59,613 nucleotides of DNA from Acidobacteriota bacterium (GTDB lineage Bacteria > Acidobacteriota > Vicinamibacteria > Vicinamibacterales > CAVVIG01), in the NCBI GenBank assembly GCA_017883165.1, contig JADGOC010000004.1, positions 1 through 59,613 on the forward strand, read 5' to 3'. Both the position numbers and the translations under genes were made by a program. The notes under the pieces are model-generated. The model did not search any database. It worked only from the letters and a program-made list of their open reading frames with translations, and was not told the DNA's origin. Positions within the stretch are counted from its first letter, which is position 1. The number at the start of each line of letters is the position of its first letter. Of this stretch, positions 38,438 through 49,917 are shown piece by piece.

Positions 38438-39382
38438 ATGTTTTCATCCACAGATTGCCTGGTCCTCGATCGGAGCGCGGGATCGTCGGTCGTCGACTTG
38501 ATCGGCCGGACGCCGCTCGTGCGGCTCCACCGCTTCGAGCGCGAGACGCCCGGGGTCGAGTTGTACGCGAAAGCGGAGTGGCAGAATCCGGGCGGCTCGG
38601 TGAAGGATCGCGCCGCGGCGCGGATGATCCTCGAAGGCGAGGCATCGGGCGCGCTGACGCACGGCCGCACCATTCTCGACGCCACCTCAGGCAACACCGG
38701 CATCGCGTACGCGACGATCGGCGCGGCGCGCGGGTACGCGGTGACGTTGTGCGTCCCCGAGAATGCGAGCGCCGAACGCAAGCTGATTCTTCGCGCGCTC
38801 GGCGCCACGCTCGTGTTCACCAGCCCGCTCGAAGGCACTGACGGCGCGATTCGCGAAGCGCGCCGCATGCACGCGTCCGACCCGGATCGGTACTTCTATC
38901 CCGATCAATACAACAATGACGGTAACTGGCGGGCGCACTACGATACGACCGGCCCCGAGATCATCGAGCAGACGAGCGGCCGGCTCACGCATTTTGTGGC
39001 CGGGCTCGGCACGAGCGGCACGTTCATGGGCACCGGCCGCCGGCTGCGCGCCTTCAACCCCGGGATCAAGCTGATCTCGGTTCAGCCGGATGGTCCGATG
39101 CACGGCCTCGAGGGGCTCAAGCACATGGAGTCGGCGATCGTGCCGGGGATCTATGATCCGTCGCTCGCCGACGAGGATCTGCGCATCGACACCGAGTCGG
39201 CGTACGTGATGGTCCGGCGGCTCGCGCGCGAGGAAGGGCTGCTCGGCGGCATTTCCTCGGGTGCGGCGCTCGCGGCCACCCTCATCGTCGCGCGCCGGCT
39301 GCGGGCGGGCGTCGTGGTGACGGTGTTTCCCGACGGCGCCGAGAAATATCTGAGCGAGCCGTTTTGGCACGTCGATGTCTGA
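38438..39382 (+). CDS. cysM: PLP cysteine synthase, CysM-like (probably sulfur-carrier dependent)
   Basis: IGRTPL, NPGGSVKDR, TSGNTG, GLGTSGT; adjacent to mec and cysO-moeZ. Confidence 0.88.
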   Translation: MFSSTDCLVLDRSAGSSVVDLIGRTPLVRLHRFERETPGVELYAKAEWQNPGGSVKDRAAARMILEGEASGALTHGRTILDATSGNTGIAYATIGAARGYAVTLCVPENASAERKLILRALGATLVFTSPLEGTDGAIREARRMHASDPDRYFYPDQYNNDGNWRAHYDTTGPEIIEQTSGRLTHFVAGLGTSGTFMGTGRRLRAFNPGIKLISVQPDGPMHGLEGLKHMESAIVPGIYDPSLADEDLRIDTESAYVMVRRLAREEGLLGGISSGAALAATLIVARRLRAGVVVTVFPDGAEKYLSEPFWHVDV

Positions 39383-39836
39383 GCGCGATCTGTCTCTGGC
39401 GGCCGCCGTCGAAGGCGCGATTCGGCGGCATGGTGAAGAGACGTATCCGCACGAGTGCTGCGGCGCGCTCGTGGGCCGCGACGGGCGCGTCGAGGCGGCC
39501 GTGGCGCTGCCGAACACGACCGACGAAGGTCCGCGGCGGCGCTTCCTGGTCCGACCGTCGGATTACCGCCTGGCCGAGCAGCGCGCGCGCGAGCTGGGCG
39601 GCGAGTTGCTCGGGTTCTACCACTCGCATCCGGATCATCCGGCGCGGCCATCGCAGTACGATCTCGATCACGCGTGGCCGACGTTTGCCTACGTGATCGT
39701 GTCGGTTGCCGCCGGCGCGGCGGGCGACATCACGGTCTGGCGGCTCAAAGACGATCGCTCCACATTCGAAGAGGGCACGCTCCAACATGGCGACGAGAAT
39801 CCTGATTCCCACTCCGCTGCGGCCGTACACCGATAA
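39375..39836 (+). CDS. JAB/MPN (M67, Mec-like) metallopeptidase
   Basis: YPHECCG, YHSHPDHPARPSQYD (HxH-x7-S-x2-D). Confidence 0.92.
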   Translation: MSERDLSLAAAVEGAIRRHGEETYPHECCGALVGRDGRVEAAVALPNTTDEGPRRRFLVRPSDYRLAEQRARELGGELLGFYHSHPDHPARPSQYDLDHAWPTFAYVIVSVAAGAAGDITVWRLKDDRSTFEEGTLQHGDENPDSHSAAAVHR

Positions 39837-41298
39837 GCAGGACGCGGTCGACGCCGAAGGGCGGACCGTCGGCGAGCTGCTGGAGAATCTGACGCAGAAG
39901 CACGCCGGGCTGAAGGCGCATCTGTTCAACGAGCAAGGCAAGCTGCGCAGCTTCGTGAACGTGTACGTGAACGACGAGGACATCCGGTATCTGCAGAAAG
40001 AGCAGACGCCGGTGGCGCCGGGCGACACGATCAGCATCATTCCGTCGGTGGCGGGCGGCGTTGACCGGGTGTCGGGTGAGAGGGTGTCGGGAACCTTTTC
40101 GGGAAGTGCAGTAGCCGAAAAGGTTCCCGACACCCTGCCACAACTCACCAACGATGAAATCAAACGCTATAGCCGGCACCTGATCATGCCGGAGGTCGGC
40201 GTCGAAGGGCAGCGGAAGCTGAAGGCGTCGAAAGTCCTCTGCATCGGGGCGGGCGGCCTCGGATCGCCCGTGGCGATGTATCTCACGGCGGCCGGCGTTG
40301 GCACGCTCGGCCTCGTCGACTTCGACGTCGTCGACTTCAGCAACCTGCAGCGCCAGATTCTGCACGGGACGCCGGATGTGGGACGCACGAAGCTCGCGTC
40401 GGCCAGGGATCGGCTGCAGGCGCTCAATCCCGAAATCACGATTAAGACCTACGAGACGGCGCTCAGCTCCGAGAACGCGCTGAAGCTGTTCCAGCCCTAC
40501 GACGTGATCGTCGACGGCACCGATAATTTCCCGACGCGGTATCTCGTCAACGACGCGTGCGTGCTGCTCGGCAAGCCGAACGCGTACGGCAGCATCTTCC
40601 GCTTCGAGGGGCAGGCGTCGGTCTTCGGCGCGAAGAACGGCCCCTGCTACCGCTGCCTCTATCCGGAGCCGCCGCCGCCGGGCCTCGTCCCGAGCTGCGC
40701 CGAAGGCGGCGTGCTCGGCGTGCTGCCGGGCATCATCGGCACGATTCAGGCGATGGAAACGATCAAGCTGATTCTCGGGATCGGTGAGCCGCTCGTCGGC
40801 CGGTTTCTGATCTTCGACGCGCTGCGCATGAAGTTCCGCGAGCTGAAGCTGCAGAAGGATCCGGACTGCCCGGTCTGCGGCACGCACCCGACCGTGACCA
40901 AGCTGATTGACTACGATCAATTCTGCGGTGTTCATCCCGCCGCGCCGGAGCCCCTGGAGTCAACAACGGTGCAGGCGAGCCCCCTCGACATTTCAGCCGT
41001 CGACTTGAAAGCGCGCCTCGATCGCGGCGACGACCTGCTGATCGTCGACGTGCGCGAGCCGCAGGAATACCAAATCAACCGGATCCCAGGCTCCGTGCTG
41101 ATTCCGCTCGGCGACGTGCCGAAGCGCTACAACGAGCTCGACCCCAATCAGGAGGTCGTCGTCCAGTGCAAAATGGGCGGCCGAAGCGCCAAGGCGGCCG
41201 ATTTCCTGCGGTCAGTCGGCTTCAAACGTGTGCTGAACCTCACGGGGGGCATCCTGGCCTGGATCGACAAGGTGGATCCGACGCAGCCGAAATACTAG
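39787..41298 (+). CDS. moeB: MoaD/CysO ubiquitin-like domain fused to MoeB and rhodanese (MoeZ-like)
   Basis: IPTPLR...[11 protein letters not shown]...IIPSVAGG, then RYSRHL, GAGGLG, SNLQRQ, CYRC, CPVC, CKMGGRS. Confidence 0.92.
   Translation: MATRILIPTPLRPYTDKQDAVDAEGRTVGELLENLTQKHAGLKAHLFNEQGKLRSFVNVYVNDEDIRYLQKEQTPVAPGDTISIIPSVAGGVDRVSGERVSGTFSGSAVAEKVPDTLPQLTNDEIKRYSRHLIMPEVGVEGQRKLKASKVLCIGAGGLGSPVAMYLTAAGVGTLGLVDFDVVDFSNLQRQILHGTPDVGRTKLASARDRLQALNPEITIKTYETALSSENALKLFQPYDVIVDGTDNFPTRYLVNDACVLLGKPNAYGSIFRFEGQASVFGAKNGPCYRCLYPEPPPPGLVPSCAEGGVLGVLPGIIGTIQAMETIKLILGIGEPLVGRFLIFDALRMKFRELKLQKDPDCPVCGTHPTVTKLIDYDQFCGVHPAAPEPLESTTVQASPLDISAVDLKARLDRGDDLLIVDVREPQEYQINRIPGSVLIPLGDVPKRYNELDPNQEVVVQCKMGGRSAKAADFLRSVGFKRVLNLTGGILAWIDKVDPTQPKY
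40081..40136. repeat. in-frame perfect 22-bp inverted repeat (REP-like)
   Basis: agggtgtcgggaaccttttcgg-N12-ccgaaaaggttcccgacaccct; similar to 25334-25412. Confidence 0.9.
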
Positions 41299-41307
41299 CC
41301 CTGGGCG

Positions 41308-41337
41308 TGGTAATATAGGACTAGGAAGGTCGGACTT
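41308..41337 (+). promoter_or_regulatory. extended -10 and IscR/Rrf2 type-1-like operator
   Basis: TGgTAATAT; atatagGACTAggaagGTCggactt (41313-41337). Confidence 0.72.
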
Positions 41338-41348
41338 AAGGGCGCCCT

Positions 41349-41810
41349 ATGCTGAGGCTCTCAAAAAAGGCGGATTACGCGCTGATGGCCATGAAGCATC
41401 TGGCGCTGCGCGGCGATCGCGGCTCCTCGAGTGCCCGCGAGATCGCGGAGCTGTACGGCATCCCGATCGAGCTGATGGCCAAGGTGCTTCAGCGGCTGGT
41501 CCAGCGCGGGCTGCTCGCTTCGCACCAGGGCACGCGCGGCGGGTATCACCTGGCGCGGCTGCCCGGGCAGATTTCGGTGGCCGACGTCATTCAGGCGATC
41601 GAGGGTCCGGTGACGGTCACCGCGTGCTCGACCGACGACGGCAGCTGCGATCAGTTCGCGAAATGCAACGTGCGCGATCCGCTGTGGAAGGTGCGCGAAC
41701 GGATTCTGTCGGCGCTCGGCGGTTGCACGATTGCGGAGCTCGCGATCGAGGCGCCCCCGGCGACAACGATGCCGGCGCCGGCGCGCGCCGTGCTTCAGAC
41801 GAACTTATAG
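41349..41810 (+). CDS. Rrf2 family (IscR-like) regulator
   Basis: [26 protein letters not shown], three Cys; heads the isc operon. Confidence 0.9.
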   Translation: MLRLSKKADYALMAMKHLALRGDRGSSSAREIAELYGIPIELMAKVLQRLVQRGLLASHQGTRGGYHLARLPGQISVADVIQAIEGPVTVTACSTDDGSCDQFAKCNVRDPLWKVRERILSALGGCTIAELAIEAPPATTMPAPARAVLQTNL

Positions 41811-41818
41811 GAAAAACG

Positions 41819-43045
41819 ATGACCATCAAGCTTCCGATCTACATGGACTATCACGCGACGACGCCGGCCGATCCGCGCGTGGTGGAGGCGATGCTGCCGT
41901 ACTTCACCCAGCACTTCGGCAACGCCGCGAGCCGCAACCATCCGTTCGGCTGGGAAGCGGAAGAAGCCGTCGAGAAGGCGCGCAAGCAGATTGCCGATCT
42001 CATCGGCGCCAACGCGAAGGAGATTGTCTTCACGAGCGGGGCGACCGAGTCCGACAACCTCGCGATCAAAGGCGTCGCCGAGATGTATCGCGAGAAGGGC
42101 AATCACATCATCACGTGCGTCACCGAGCACAAGGCGATCATCGACACGTGCAAGCGGCTCGAGAAGAACGGCTACCGCGTCACCTATCTGCCGGTGGCGA
42201 AGGACGGCCGGATCAGCCTCGACGAGCTGAAAGCGGCGATCTCGGACAAGACGATTCTCATCACGATCATGACCGCCAACAACGAGATCGGCGTCATCCA
42301 GCCGATCGCCGAGATCGGCGCGATCGCGAAGGAGAAGGGCGTCCTGTTCCACACCGACGCGGTGCAGGCGGTCGGCAAGATTCCGTTCAACGTCAACGAC
42401 CTGAAGGTCGACATGGCGTCGATCAGCGCGCACAAGATGTACGGCCCGAAGGGCGTCGGCGCGCTCTACGTGCGGCGGCGCAATCCCCGCGTGCTGCTCT
42501 CGGCGATCATCGACGGCGGCGGCCACGAGCGCGGCATGCGCTCCGGAACGCTCAACGTCACGGGCATCGTCGGCTTCGGCAAGGCGGCGGAGATCTGCAA
42601 GCAGGAGATGGCCACCGAGAGCGTGCGCCTGCGCAAGCTGCGCGACCGGCTGAACGATCGGCTGCACAAAGGGCTCGACGAGATCTACATCAACGGATCG
42701 GTGGAGCACCGGCTGCCGCACAACCTGAACATCAGCTTTGCGTACGTCGAAGGCGAGTCGCTGCTGATGGGGATCAACGACGTCGCGGTGTCCTCGGGAT
42801 CAGCGTGCACCTCGGCGAGCCTCGAGCCGTCCTACGTGCTGAAGGCGCTCGGCGCCGGCGACGACCTGGCGCATTCGTCGATTCGGTTCGGCCTCGGCCG
42901 CTGGTCAACCGAAGAAGAAGTCGACTACGTGGCGGACAAGCTCATCAACGTCGTGACGCGGCTGCGCGAAATGTCGCCGCTCTACGAGCTCGCAAAAGAA
43001 GGCGTGGATCTCTCGACCATGCAATGGCAAACGGAAGGACACTGA
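41819..43045 (+). CDS. iscS: cysteine desulfurase
   Basis: [33 protein letters not shown]. Confidence 0.97.
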   Translation: MTIKLPIYMDYHATTPADPRVVEAMLPYFTQHFGNAASRNHPFGWEAEEAVEKARKQIADLIGANAKEIVFTSGATESDNLAIKGVAEMYREKGNHIITCVTEHKAIIDTCKRLEKNGYRVTYLPVAKDGRISLDELKAAISDKTILITIMTANNEIGVIQPIAEIGAIAKEKGVLFHTDAVQAVGKIPFNVNDLKVDMASISAHKMYGPKGVGALYVRRRNPRVLLSAIIDGGGHERGMRSGTLNVTGIVGFGKAAEICKQEMATESVRLRKLRDRLNDRLHKGLDEIYINGSVEHRLPHNLNISFAYVEGESLLMGINDVAVSSGSACTSASLEPSYVLKALGAGDDLAHSSIRFGLGRWSTEEEVDYVADKLINVVTRLREMSPLYELAKEGVDLSTMQWQTEGH

Positions 43046-43048
43046 GCA

Positions 43049-43474
43049 ATGGCGTATTCGAACAAGGTCATCGACCACTACGAAAACCCGCGCAACGTCG
43101 GGTCGCTGTCGAAGGAAGATCCGAACGTCGGCACGGGCCTGGTCGGCGCGCCCGAGTGCGGCGATGTCATGAAGCTGCAGGTGAAGGTCAACCCGGCGAC
43201 CGGCGTCATCGACGACGCCAAGTTCAAGACCTTCGGGTGCGGATCGGCGATCGCGAGCTCGAGCCTAGCGACCGAGTGGCTCAAGGGCAAGACGGTCGAC
43301 GAAGCGCTCGCCATCAAGAACACCGACATCGTCAGCGAGCTGAGCCTGCCGCCGGTGAAGATTCACTGCTCGGTCCTCGCCGAGGACGCGATCAAGGCGG
43401 CGATCAGCGACTACAAGAAGAAGCAGGCGGCGACCGGCAAGCCGGCTGAGAAAGCCGCTCAGCCAACGGCGTAG
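43049..43474 (+). CDS. iscU: Fe-S scaffold protein
   Basis: NPRNVG, APECGD, GCGSAIAS, LPPVKIHC. Confidence 0.97.
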   Translation: MAYSNKVIDHYENPRNVGSLSKEDPNVGTGLVGAPECGDVMKLQVKVNPATGVIDDAKFKTFGCGSAIASSSLATEWLKGKTVDEALAIKNTDIVSELSLPPVKIHCSVLAEDAIKAAISDYKKKQAATGKPAEKAAQPTA

Positions 43475-43536
43475 CGCCGCACTGAGCGGAAAGTCGTTGC
43501 AAGCAAAGCCGAGCGGTGTAAGCCGCGAAGGCACGG

Positions 43537-43560
43537 GTCGCGGGGGTGGGGCCCCGCGAC
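43537..43560. repeat. GC-rich palindrome (REP-like)
   Basis: gtcgcgggg-gtgggg-ccccgcgac between iscU and iscA. Confidence 0.6.
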
Positions 43561-43570
43561 AAATAAGAAA

Positions 43571-43897
43571 ATGATTCAGATTACTGAAACCGCCGCGCAC
43601 AAGATCCGCACGTTGATGGCCAAGCAGGGCATCAGCGAGGGCGGACTGCGTGTCGGCGTCAAAGGCGGCGGCTGCTCGGGCCTGAGCTACACGTTCACGT
43701 GGGACAAGCAGGCGCGGACGGGCGACGAGGTCTTCGACGGTCCCGAGGGCGCGAAGATCTACGTCGACAAGAAGAGTCTGCTGTTTCTGAATGGCACGGT
43801 GCTCGATTACGACACGAACATGCTGACCCAGGGGTTCGTGTTCAACAATCCGAACGCCAAGAGCACCTGCGGCTGCGGCAGCTCGTTCGGCGCGTGA
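43571..43897 (+). CDS. iscA: Fe-S assembly A-type carrier
   Basis: GGGCSG, FNNPN, CGCGSSF. Confidence 0.95.
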   Translation: MIQITETAAHKIRTLMAKQGISEGGLRVGVKGGGCSGLSYTFTWDKQARTGDEVFDGPEGAKIYVDKKSLLFLNGTVLDYDTNMLTQGFVFNNPNAKSTCGCGSSFGA

Positions 43898-44562
43898 GCA
43901 CCTCGGCTCCAACGATGCAGGCGTGCCGGGCGTGCGGCGCAGGCGCATCGCTCGACGCGCACTTTTGTCCCCAATGCCGCACGATCCTGCCGCTCGTCCG
44001 GCGTCAGACCGATTACTTCACGTTCTTCGGCCTGCCGCGAAAGCTGCGGATCGACGCGGTCGACCTCGAGCAGCGGTTGCGGACGCTCAGCCGCCAGTTT
44101 CATCCGGACTATTTCTACAACGCCGCGACGGCCGAGCGCCGCGCGAGCCTCGAGCGGTCTTCGTACTTGAACGACGCGTATCGCACGCTCAAGAGCCCGG
44201 TGGCGCGCGTGGAATACCTGCTGAGCCTCGAAGGGCGTGCGGCGAACGGTCCGGAGGAGGCCTCGAAGCAGGTGCCTCCGGCGCTGCTCGAGGAAGTGTT
44301 TGCGCTCAACGAGGAGCTCGACGAGGTGCGCGAGATGCGCGCGAGCGGCGCGCCGGCGGAGGAGTGGCGGTCGCGCCTCGAGCGTGCGCGCCAGCCGATC
44401 GACGCCAAGCGCGAGGAGCACGAGCAGCAGCTGCAGGAGCTGTCGGCGCGGTGGGACGAGCGCGGCGAGTCCGACGTGCTGGACGCGCTGCGAGACCGCG
44501 TGCTCGAGCGCAATTACATCAACAACCTGCTCGCCGGGATCGAGCGGGAGCTGTCGCAGTGA
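43894..44562 (+). CDS. hscB: Fe-S co-chaperone with an N-terminal Cys4 domain
   Basis: CRAC...CPQC, DYF, FHPD, LNDAYRTLKSP. Confidence 0.93.
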   Translation: MSTSAPTMQACRACGAGASLDAHFCPQCRTILPLVRRQTDYFTFFGLPRKLRIDAVDLEQRLRTLSRQFHPDYFYNAATAERRASLERSSYLNDAYRTLKSPVARVEYLLSLEGRAANGPEEASKQVPPALLEEVFALNEELDEVREMRASGAPAEEWRSRLERARQPIDAKREEHEQQLQELSARWDERGESDVLDALRDRVLERNYINNLLAGIERELSQ

Positions 44563-44569
44563 ACGGACG

Positions 44570-44632
44570 CTACCACGGAGGCCAACTGAGGACACGGAGC
44601 CACGAGAACAGATACCGTGCCCTCCGTGGTAG
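44570..44632. repeat. 12-bp inverted repeat with internal CACGGAG units
   Basis: ctaccacggagg ... cctccgtggtag. Confidence 0.7.
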
Positions 44633-44644
44633 AGCTGTTTTGAT

Positions 44645-46456
<1,812 letters not shown>

Positions 46457-46479
46457 ATCACGACACGAGAACACACACC

Positions 46480-46890
46480 ATGCCCAAGGTCACGTTCATC
46501 ATCGACGGCGAATCGCAGACGGTCGAGTTCGAGCACGGCAAGCTGCCGTACTCGCATCACGGAAAACCCGAGTCGTTCCTCGACGTCGCCAAGAACCTCG
46601 GCATCCCACTCGAGCACGCGTGCGGCGGGAGCTGCGCCTGCACGACTTGCCACGTCATGATCAACGAAGGCGCGCAGAACCTGAGCGAGATGGAAGACGA
46701 CGAAGCCGATCGCCTCGATACGGCGTGGGGCCTCACCGCGAGATCGCGGCTCGGCTGCCAGGCCGTCATCACGGGCGACGTCGTCTGCGAGCTGCCGATG
46801 TACACCAGGAATTACGTCCAGGAAGGCGGCGGCATCCAGCTCGGAAAATCGGACCGCAAGGGTCGAAAGACCGAGGAGAGCGTGCCATGA
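46480..46890 (+). CDS. fdx: 2Fe-2S ferredoxin
   Basis: HACGGSCACTTCHV, SRLGCQ. Confidence 0.95.
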   Translation: MPKVTFIIDGESQTVEFEHGKLPYSHHGKPESFLDVAKNLGIPLEHACGGSCACTTCHVMINEGAQNLSEMEDDEADRLDTAWGLTARSRLGCQAVITGDVVCELPMYTRNYVQEGGGIQLGKSDRKGRKTEESVP

Positions 46891-47090
46891 AGTGGACCGA
46901 CGTAGAGGACATCGGCATCGCGCTGAGCGAAAAGTTCCCCAACGACGATCCATTGACCGTCCGCTTCACCGATCTTCGCGACCGCGTCCTGGCGCTCCCC
47001 GGCTTCGACGACGACGCGAAGACGTCGAACGAGCCGAAGCTCGAAGCGATCCAGATGGCGTGGTACGAGGAGTGGAAGGACGCGCAGTGA
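46887..47090 (+). CDS. iscX: Fe-S assembly protein IscX
   Basis: MKWTD..DI, VRFTDL, NEPKLEAIQMAW. Confidence 0.93.
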   Translation: MKWTDVEDIGIALSEKFPNDDPLTVRFTDLRDRVLALPGFDDDAKTSNEPKLEAIQMAWYEEWKDAQ

Positions 47091-47584
47091 GCCTGAGCGG
47101 CGTGTTCCGTCCAGGCATGCGCGTCTACTTCGTGCCGCTCGTGGCTGGCATCGCCCTCGCGGCAAGCGCGTTTCTCCCTTGGGTCGTCGTCGGCGACACC
47201 GCGCTCAAGGGCGTGCAGTACACCTCGGCGCTCTGGGTCGCCGCGCTTGGCGCGGCGGCCGCCATCCTCGCGACGCTCAGCCTGATCACGCGCAAGAATT
47301 CGCGCCACCCGCTGCTGCTCGTCGGCCTCATCGCGTTCGGCGCGCTGCTTCTCTCGTGGCGCATCATGCCGCGCGCGGTGGGCGAGCGCGCGCTGACGGT
47401 GTCGCAGGCGTTCGCGATCGTCGAGAACACGCCGATGGGCGCCGCGCCTGACGCGCTGGCCGGCAGCGGCATCTATCTCGGCCTCGCGGCATCCACCGTG
47501 CTCGTGCTCTTCGGCCTCACCATCGTCGTCAGACGACGCGCGTCGCGGCCCTACGTCGCCGCGGAACCGGACGACGATGTATAG
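47087..47584 (+). CDS. hypothetical four-TM membrane protein
   Basis: GTGA overlap with iscX; FLPW and G.GIYL hydrophobic segments. Confidence 0.7.
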   Translation: MSLSGVFRPGMRVYFVPLVAGIALAASAFLPWVVVGDTALKGVQYTSALWVAALGAAAAILATLSLITRKNSRHPLLLVGLIAFGALLLSWRIMPRAVGERALTVSQAFAIVENTPMGAAPDALAGSGIYLGLAASTVLVLFGLTIVVRRRASRPYVAAEPDDDV

Positions 47585-47611
47585 TCGCAAGCCACTAACC
47601 ACTAGCCACCA

Positions 47612-48439
47612 ATGAAGATCCGAATCGCCCACAGCCCTGATTCCGACGATGCGTTCATGTTCTACGGCCTGGCGAGCGGCCGCGTGCCCTCGAACGGCTT
47701 CGAGCTCGAGCACGTGCTGTCGGACATCGAGACGCTCAATCGCGCGGCGTTCGACGGCACGTACGAGATCACGGCGGTGTCCTTTCACGCCTATGCGTAT
47801 CTGACCGATCGCTACGTCCTGCTGCCGCACGGCGCCAGCATGGGCGATCGCTACGGTCCGGTCGTCGTCGCGAAGAAGGACGGCCCGGCCTCGGTCAAAG
47901 GGATCCGCGTCGCGGTGCCCGGCGAGCTGACGACGGCGTTGCTGACGCTGCGGCTGTTCGATCCAACGGTCGAGTACGTCGTCATGCCGTTCGATCAGAT
48001 TCAGGAGAAAGTCCACTCGGGCGAGGTGGCGGCTGGTCTGCTGATTCACGAGGGACAGGTCACCTACGCCGATGAGGGACTCCGCAAGATCGTCGATCTC
48101 GGCGAGTGGTGGGCGGACCGCACGGGCGGACTCCCGCTGCCGCTCGGCGGCAACGTGATTCGCCGCGATCTCGGTGCACCGACGATCGCCACGCTCTCGC
48201 GGCTGTTGCACGACAGCATCGCGTATGGCCTCGAGCATCGTGATGAGGCCGTGCGGTACGCGATGCAGTTTGGCCGTGGGCTCGATCGGGAGCGGACGGA
48301 CAAGTTCGTCGGGATGTACGTGAACGGTCTGACGCTCGACTACGGCGACCGCGGCCGGGAGGCCGTGCGGCGTCTGCTCGACGACGCGCACGCGGCGGGG
48401 TTGTTACCGAAGCCGGTCACGGTCGAATTTGCGGTGTGA
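47612..48439 (+). CDS. mqnD: 1,4-dihydroxy-6-naphthoate synthase (MqnA/MqnD family)
   Basis: HSPDSDDAFMF, DIETLN, LIHEGQ, DLGEWW, LPLPLG, MYVN. Confidence 0.88.
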   Translation: MKIRIAHSPDSDDAFMFYGLASGRVPSNGFELEHVLSDIETLNRAAFDGTYEITAVSFHAYAYLTDRYVLLPHGASMGDRYGPVVVAKKDGPASVKGIRVAVPGELTTALLTLRLFDPTVEYVVMPFDQIQEKVHSGEVAAGLLIHEGQVTYADEGLRKIVDLGEWWADRTGGLPLPLGGNVIRRDLGAPTIATLSRLLHDSIAYGLEHRDEAVRYAMQFGRGLDRERTDKFVGMYVNGLTLDYGDRGREAVRRLLDDAHAAGLLPKPVTVEFAV

Positions 48440-48458
48440 CGACAGTCAACGCTTGGCG

Positions 48459-49160
48459 CTAGAAATCAACCCTGACGGCCACACCGGATCTCAGGGTCCA
48501 CTTCGGATAGCCACCAGGGTAGATCGCGCCGATCTCGCGATGGTCCGACGAATCATCATAGAAACCGTGCGACACACCCGTATCGGACATTCGGAACGAT
48601 GGCAGGAGCGCGACGTGCCGCCCACCAATGCGGACGTCGCATCCGAACGTAAGCCCGAAACTTGTGTCCAAACGATGTTGTTGCTTTGGCCCTTGCACCA
48701 GAAGCTGTTGCGGCGTCAGCCAGTCCATGTAGTACTCGGTTTGAGACCAGGCCTCGGGATGGGTGACGACCATTCCCACCACCGGTTCGATGCGGAATCT
48801 GGCCACTTGCGGAAGATAGAATCGAGCCGCCAACGAAACGAATCGGTCGCGGCGCTCTTCGTTGAAGGTCATGCCATATCGAGACGGCTGGCGCGCTGAC
48901 ATCACACCCGTGCTGGATAACTCGACTTCAACGCTCATGGCGCTTGCGACAAAGACGCCACCGCCAACCAACCATCCTTGCGTGCTGCCACCTGGCGCCG
49001 TTACGTAGGTTTGCGGTGACTCACCGCTGGGACCATCCTGATGCGACAGAGCGATTCCGCCGATCGCGTACATCGAGCCCGGGTGTTCCTGAGCAAACGC
49101 GGTGGCACCAGAGCACAGCACCGCGACACCAAATACGACCGAGCGCAGGTCCGAGCCCAT
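48459..49160 (-). CDS. lower-GC exported beta-barrel-like protein
   Basis: AFA signal peptide; C-terminal GVAVRVDF; about 55% GC in a hand-counted 60-nt sample. Confidence 0.75.
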   Translation of the reverse strand: MGSDLRSVVFGVAVLCSGATAFAQEHPGSMYAIGGIALSHQDGPSGESPQTYVTAPGGSTQGWLVGGGVFVASAMSVEVELSSTGVMSARQPSRYGMTFNEERRDRFVSLAARFYLPQVARFRIEPVVGMVVTHPEAWSQTEYYMDWLTPQQLLVQGPKQQHRLDTSFGLTFGCDVRIGGRHVALLPSFRMSDTGVSHGFYDDSSDHREIGAIYPGGYPKWTLRSGVAVRVDF

Positions 49161-49233
49161 TGTGCTGTCTCCCTTCCCGGTCTAACTTCTTACTAAATAG
49201 ACCACCACGCACGGTGTAGCCGGAGACGTCGCA

Positions 49234-49917
49234 TCATCCGGCCAATTGCAGATCTGTGAAAACGAATCCATCTCGTTCAACCGTCACTCCGGTTTCGATG
49301 TCGATGGGGCGGCTGAACATCGGGCCGTCGTAGGCGAACGTGTGGAATTCGCCGCGCTCGCCGCACGGGTCGATGGACGCCGGCAGGTCGGCGAGGAGCG
49401 CTGCGCCGAAGTCGCGCCCGGCGAAGGCGCGATCGAGAACACGCGGATCGACGCACGTCAGGCGCGCGCCGAGGCCGCCCGCGATCATCTCGCGGGCCAG
49501 TGCGGCGGTGTCGGCGCCGAAGAGCGGGAAGATCGGCGTTAGGCCGGTGCCGGCGAGCCGATCTTCGCGGTAGCGGCGGATGTCCTCGAGAAACAGATCC
49601 GCGAACGCCATGTGCGTGAACCCTTCGGCGACGGCGCGGGCGACCGCGTCCGCCATCGCGCGCTCGTAGATCTCGTTCGGGCACGGCGACGGAATCGGCA
49701 CCTTCCAGAGCGGCAAGCCCAGTCGGTCGGCCTGCGCCTCGAGCAACTCGACCCGTACGGCATGCATCGCGACGCGCTGTGCGGGCTCATTGATCGTCGT
49801 CAACAAGGCGCCGACCTCAACGATATCGCTACCGGCGCCTCTGGCGCCGCCGTCGCGGAGGATGTGCATCATCCACGCGCTGTCCTTCCCGCTCGACCAC
49901 GACACGATCGTTTTCAT
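49234..49917 (-). CDS. Dph6/MJ0570-related PP-loop ATP pyrophosphatase
   Basis: SWSSGKDS, RVAMH, DLFLEDIRRYRE, DPCGERGEFHT. Confidence 0.9.
   Translation of the reverse strand: MKTIVSWSSGKDSAWMMHILRDGGARGAGSDIVEVGALLTTINEPAQRVAMHAVRVELLEAQADRLGLPLWKVPIPSPCPNEIYERAMADAVARAVAEGFTHMAFADLFLEDIRRYREDRLAGTGLTPIFPLFGADTAALAREMIAGGLGARLTCVDPRVLDRAFAGRDFGAALLADLPASIDPCGERGEFHTFAYDGPMFSRPIDIETGVTVERDGFVFTDLQLAG

Noticed and set aside
39375-41298. Ubl/E1/JAB genes as an antiphage conjugation system
   Set aside because: No E2; rhodanese and CysM context point to sulfur transfer
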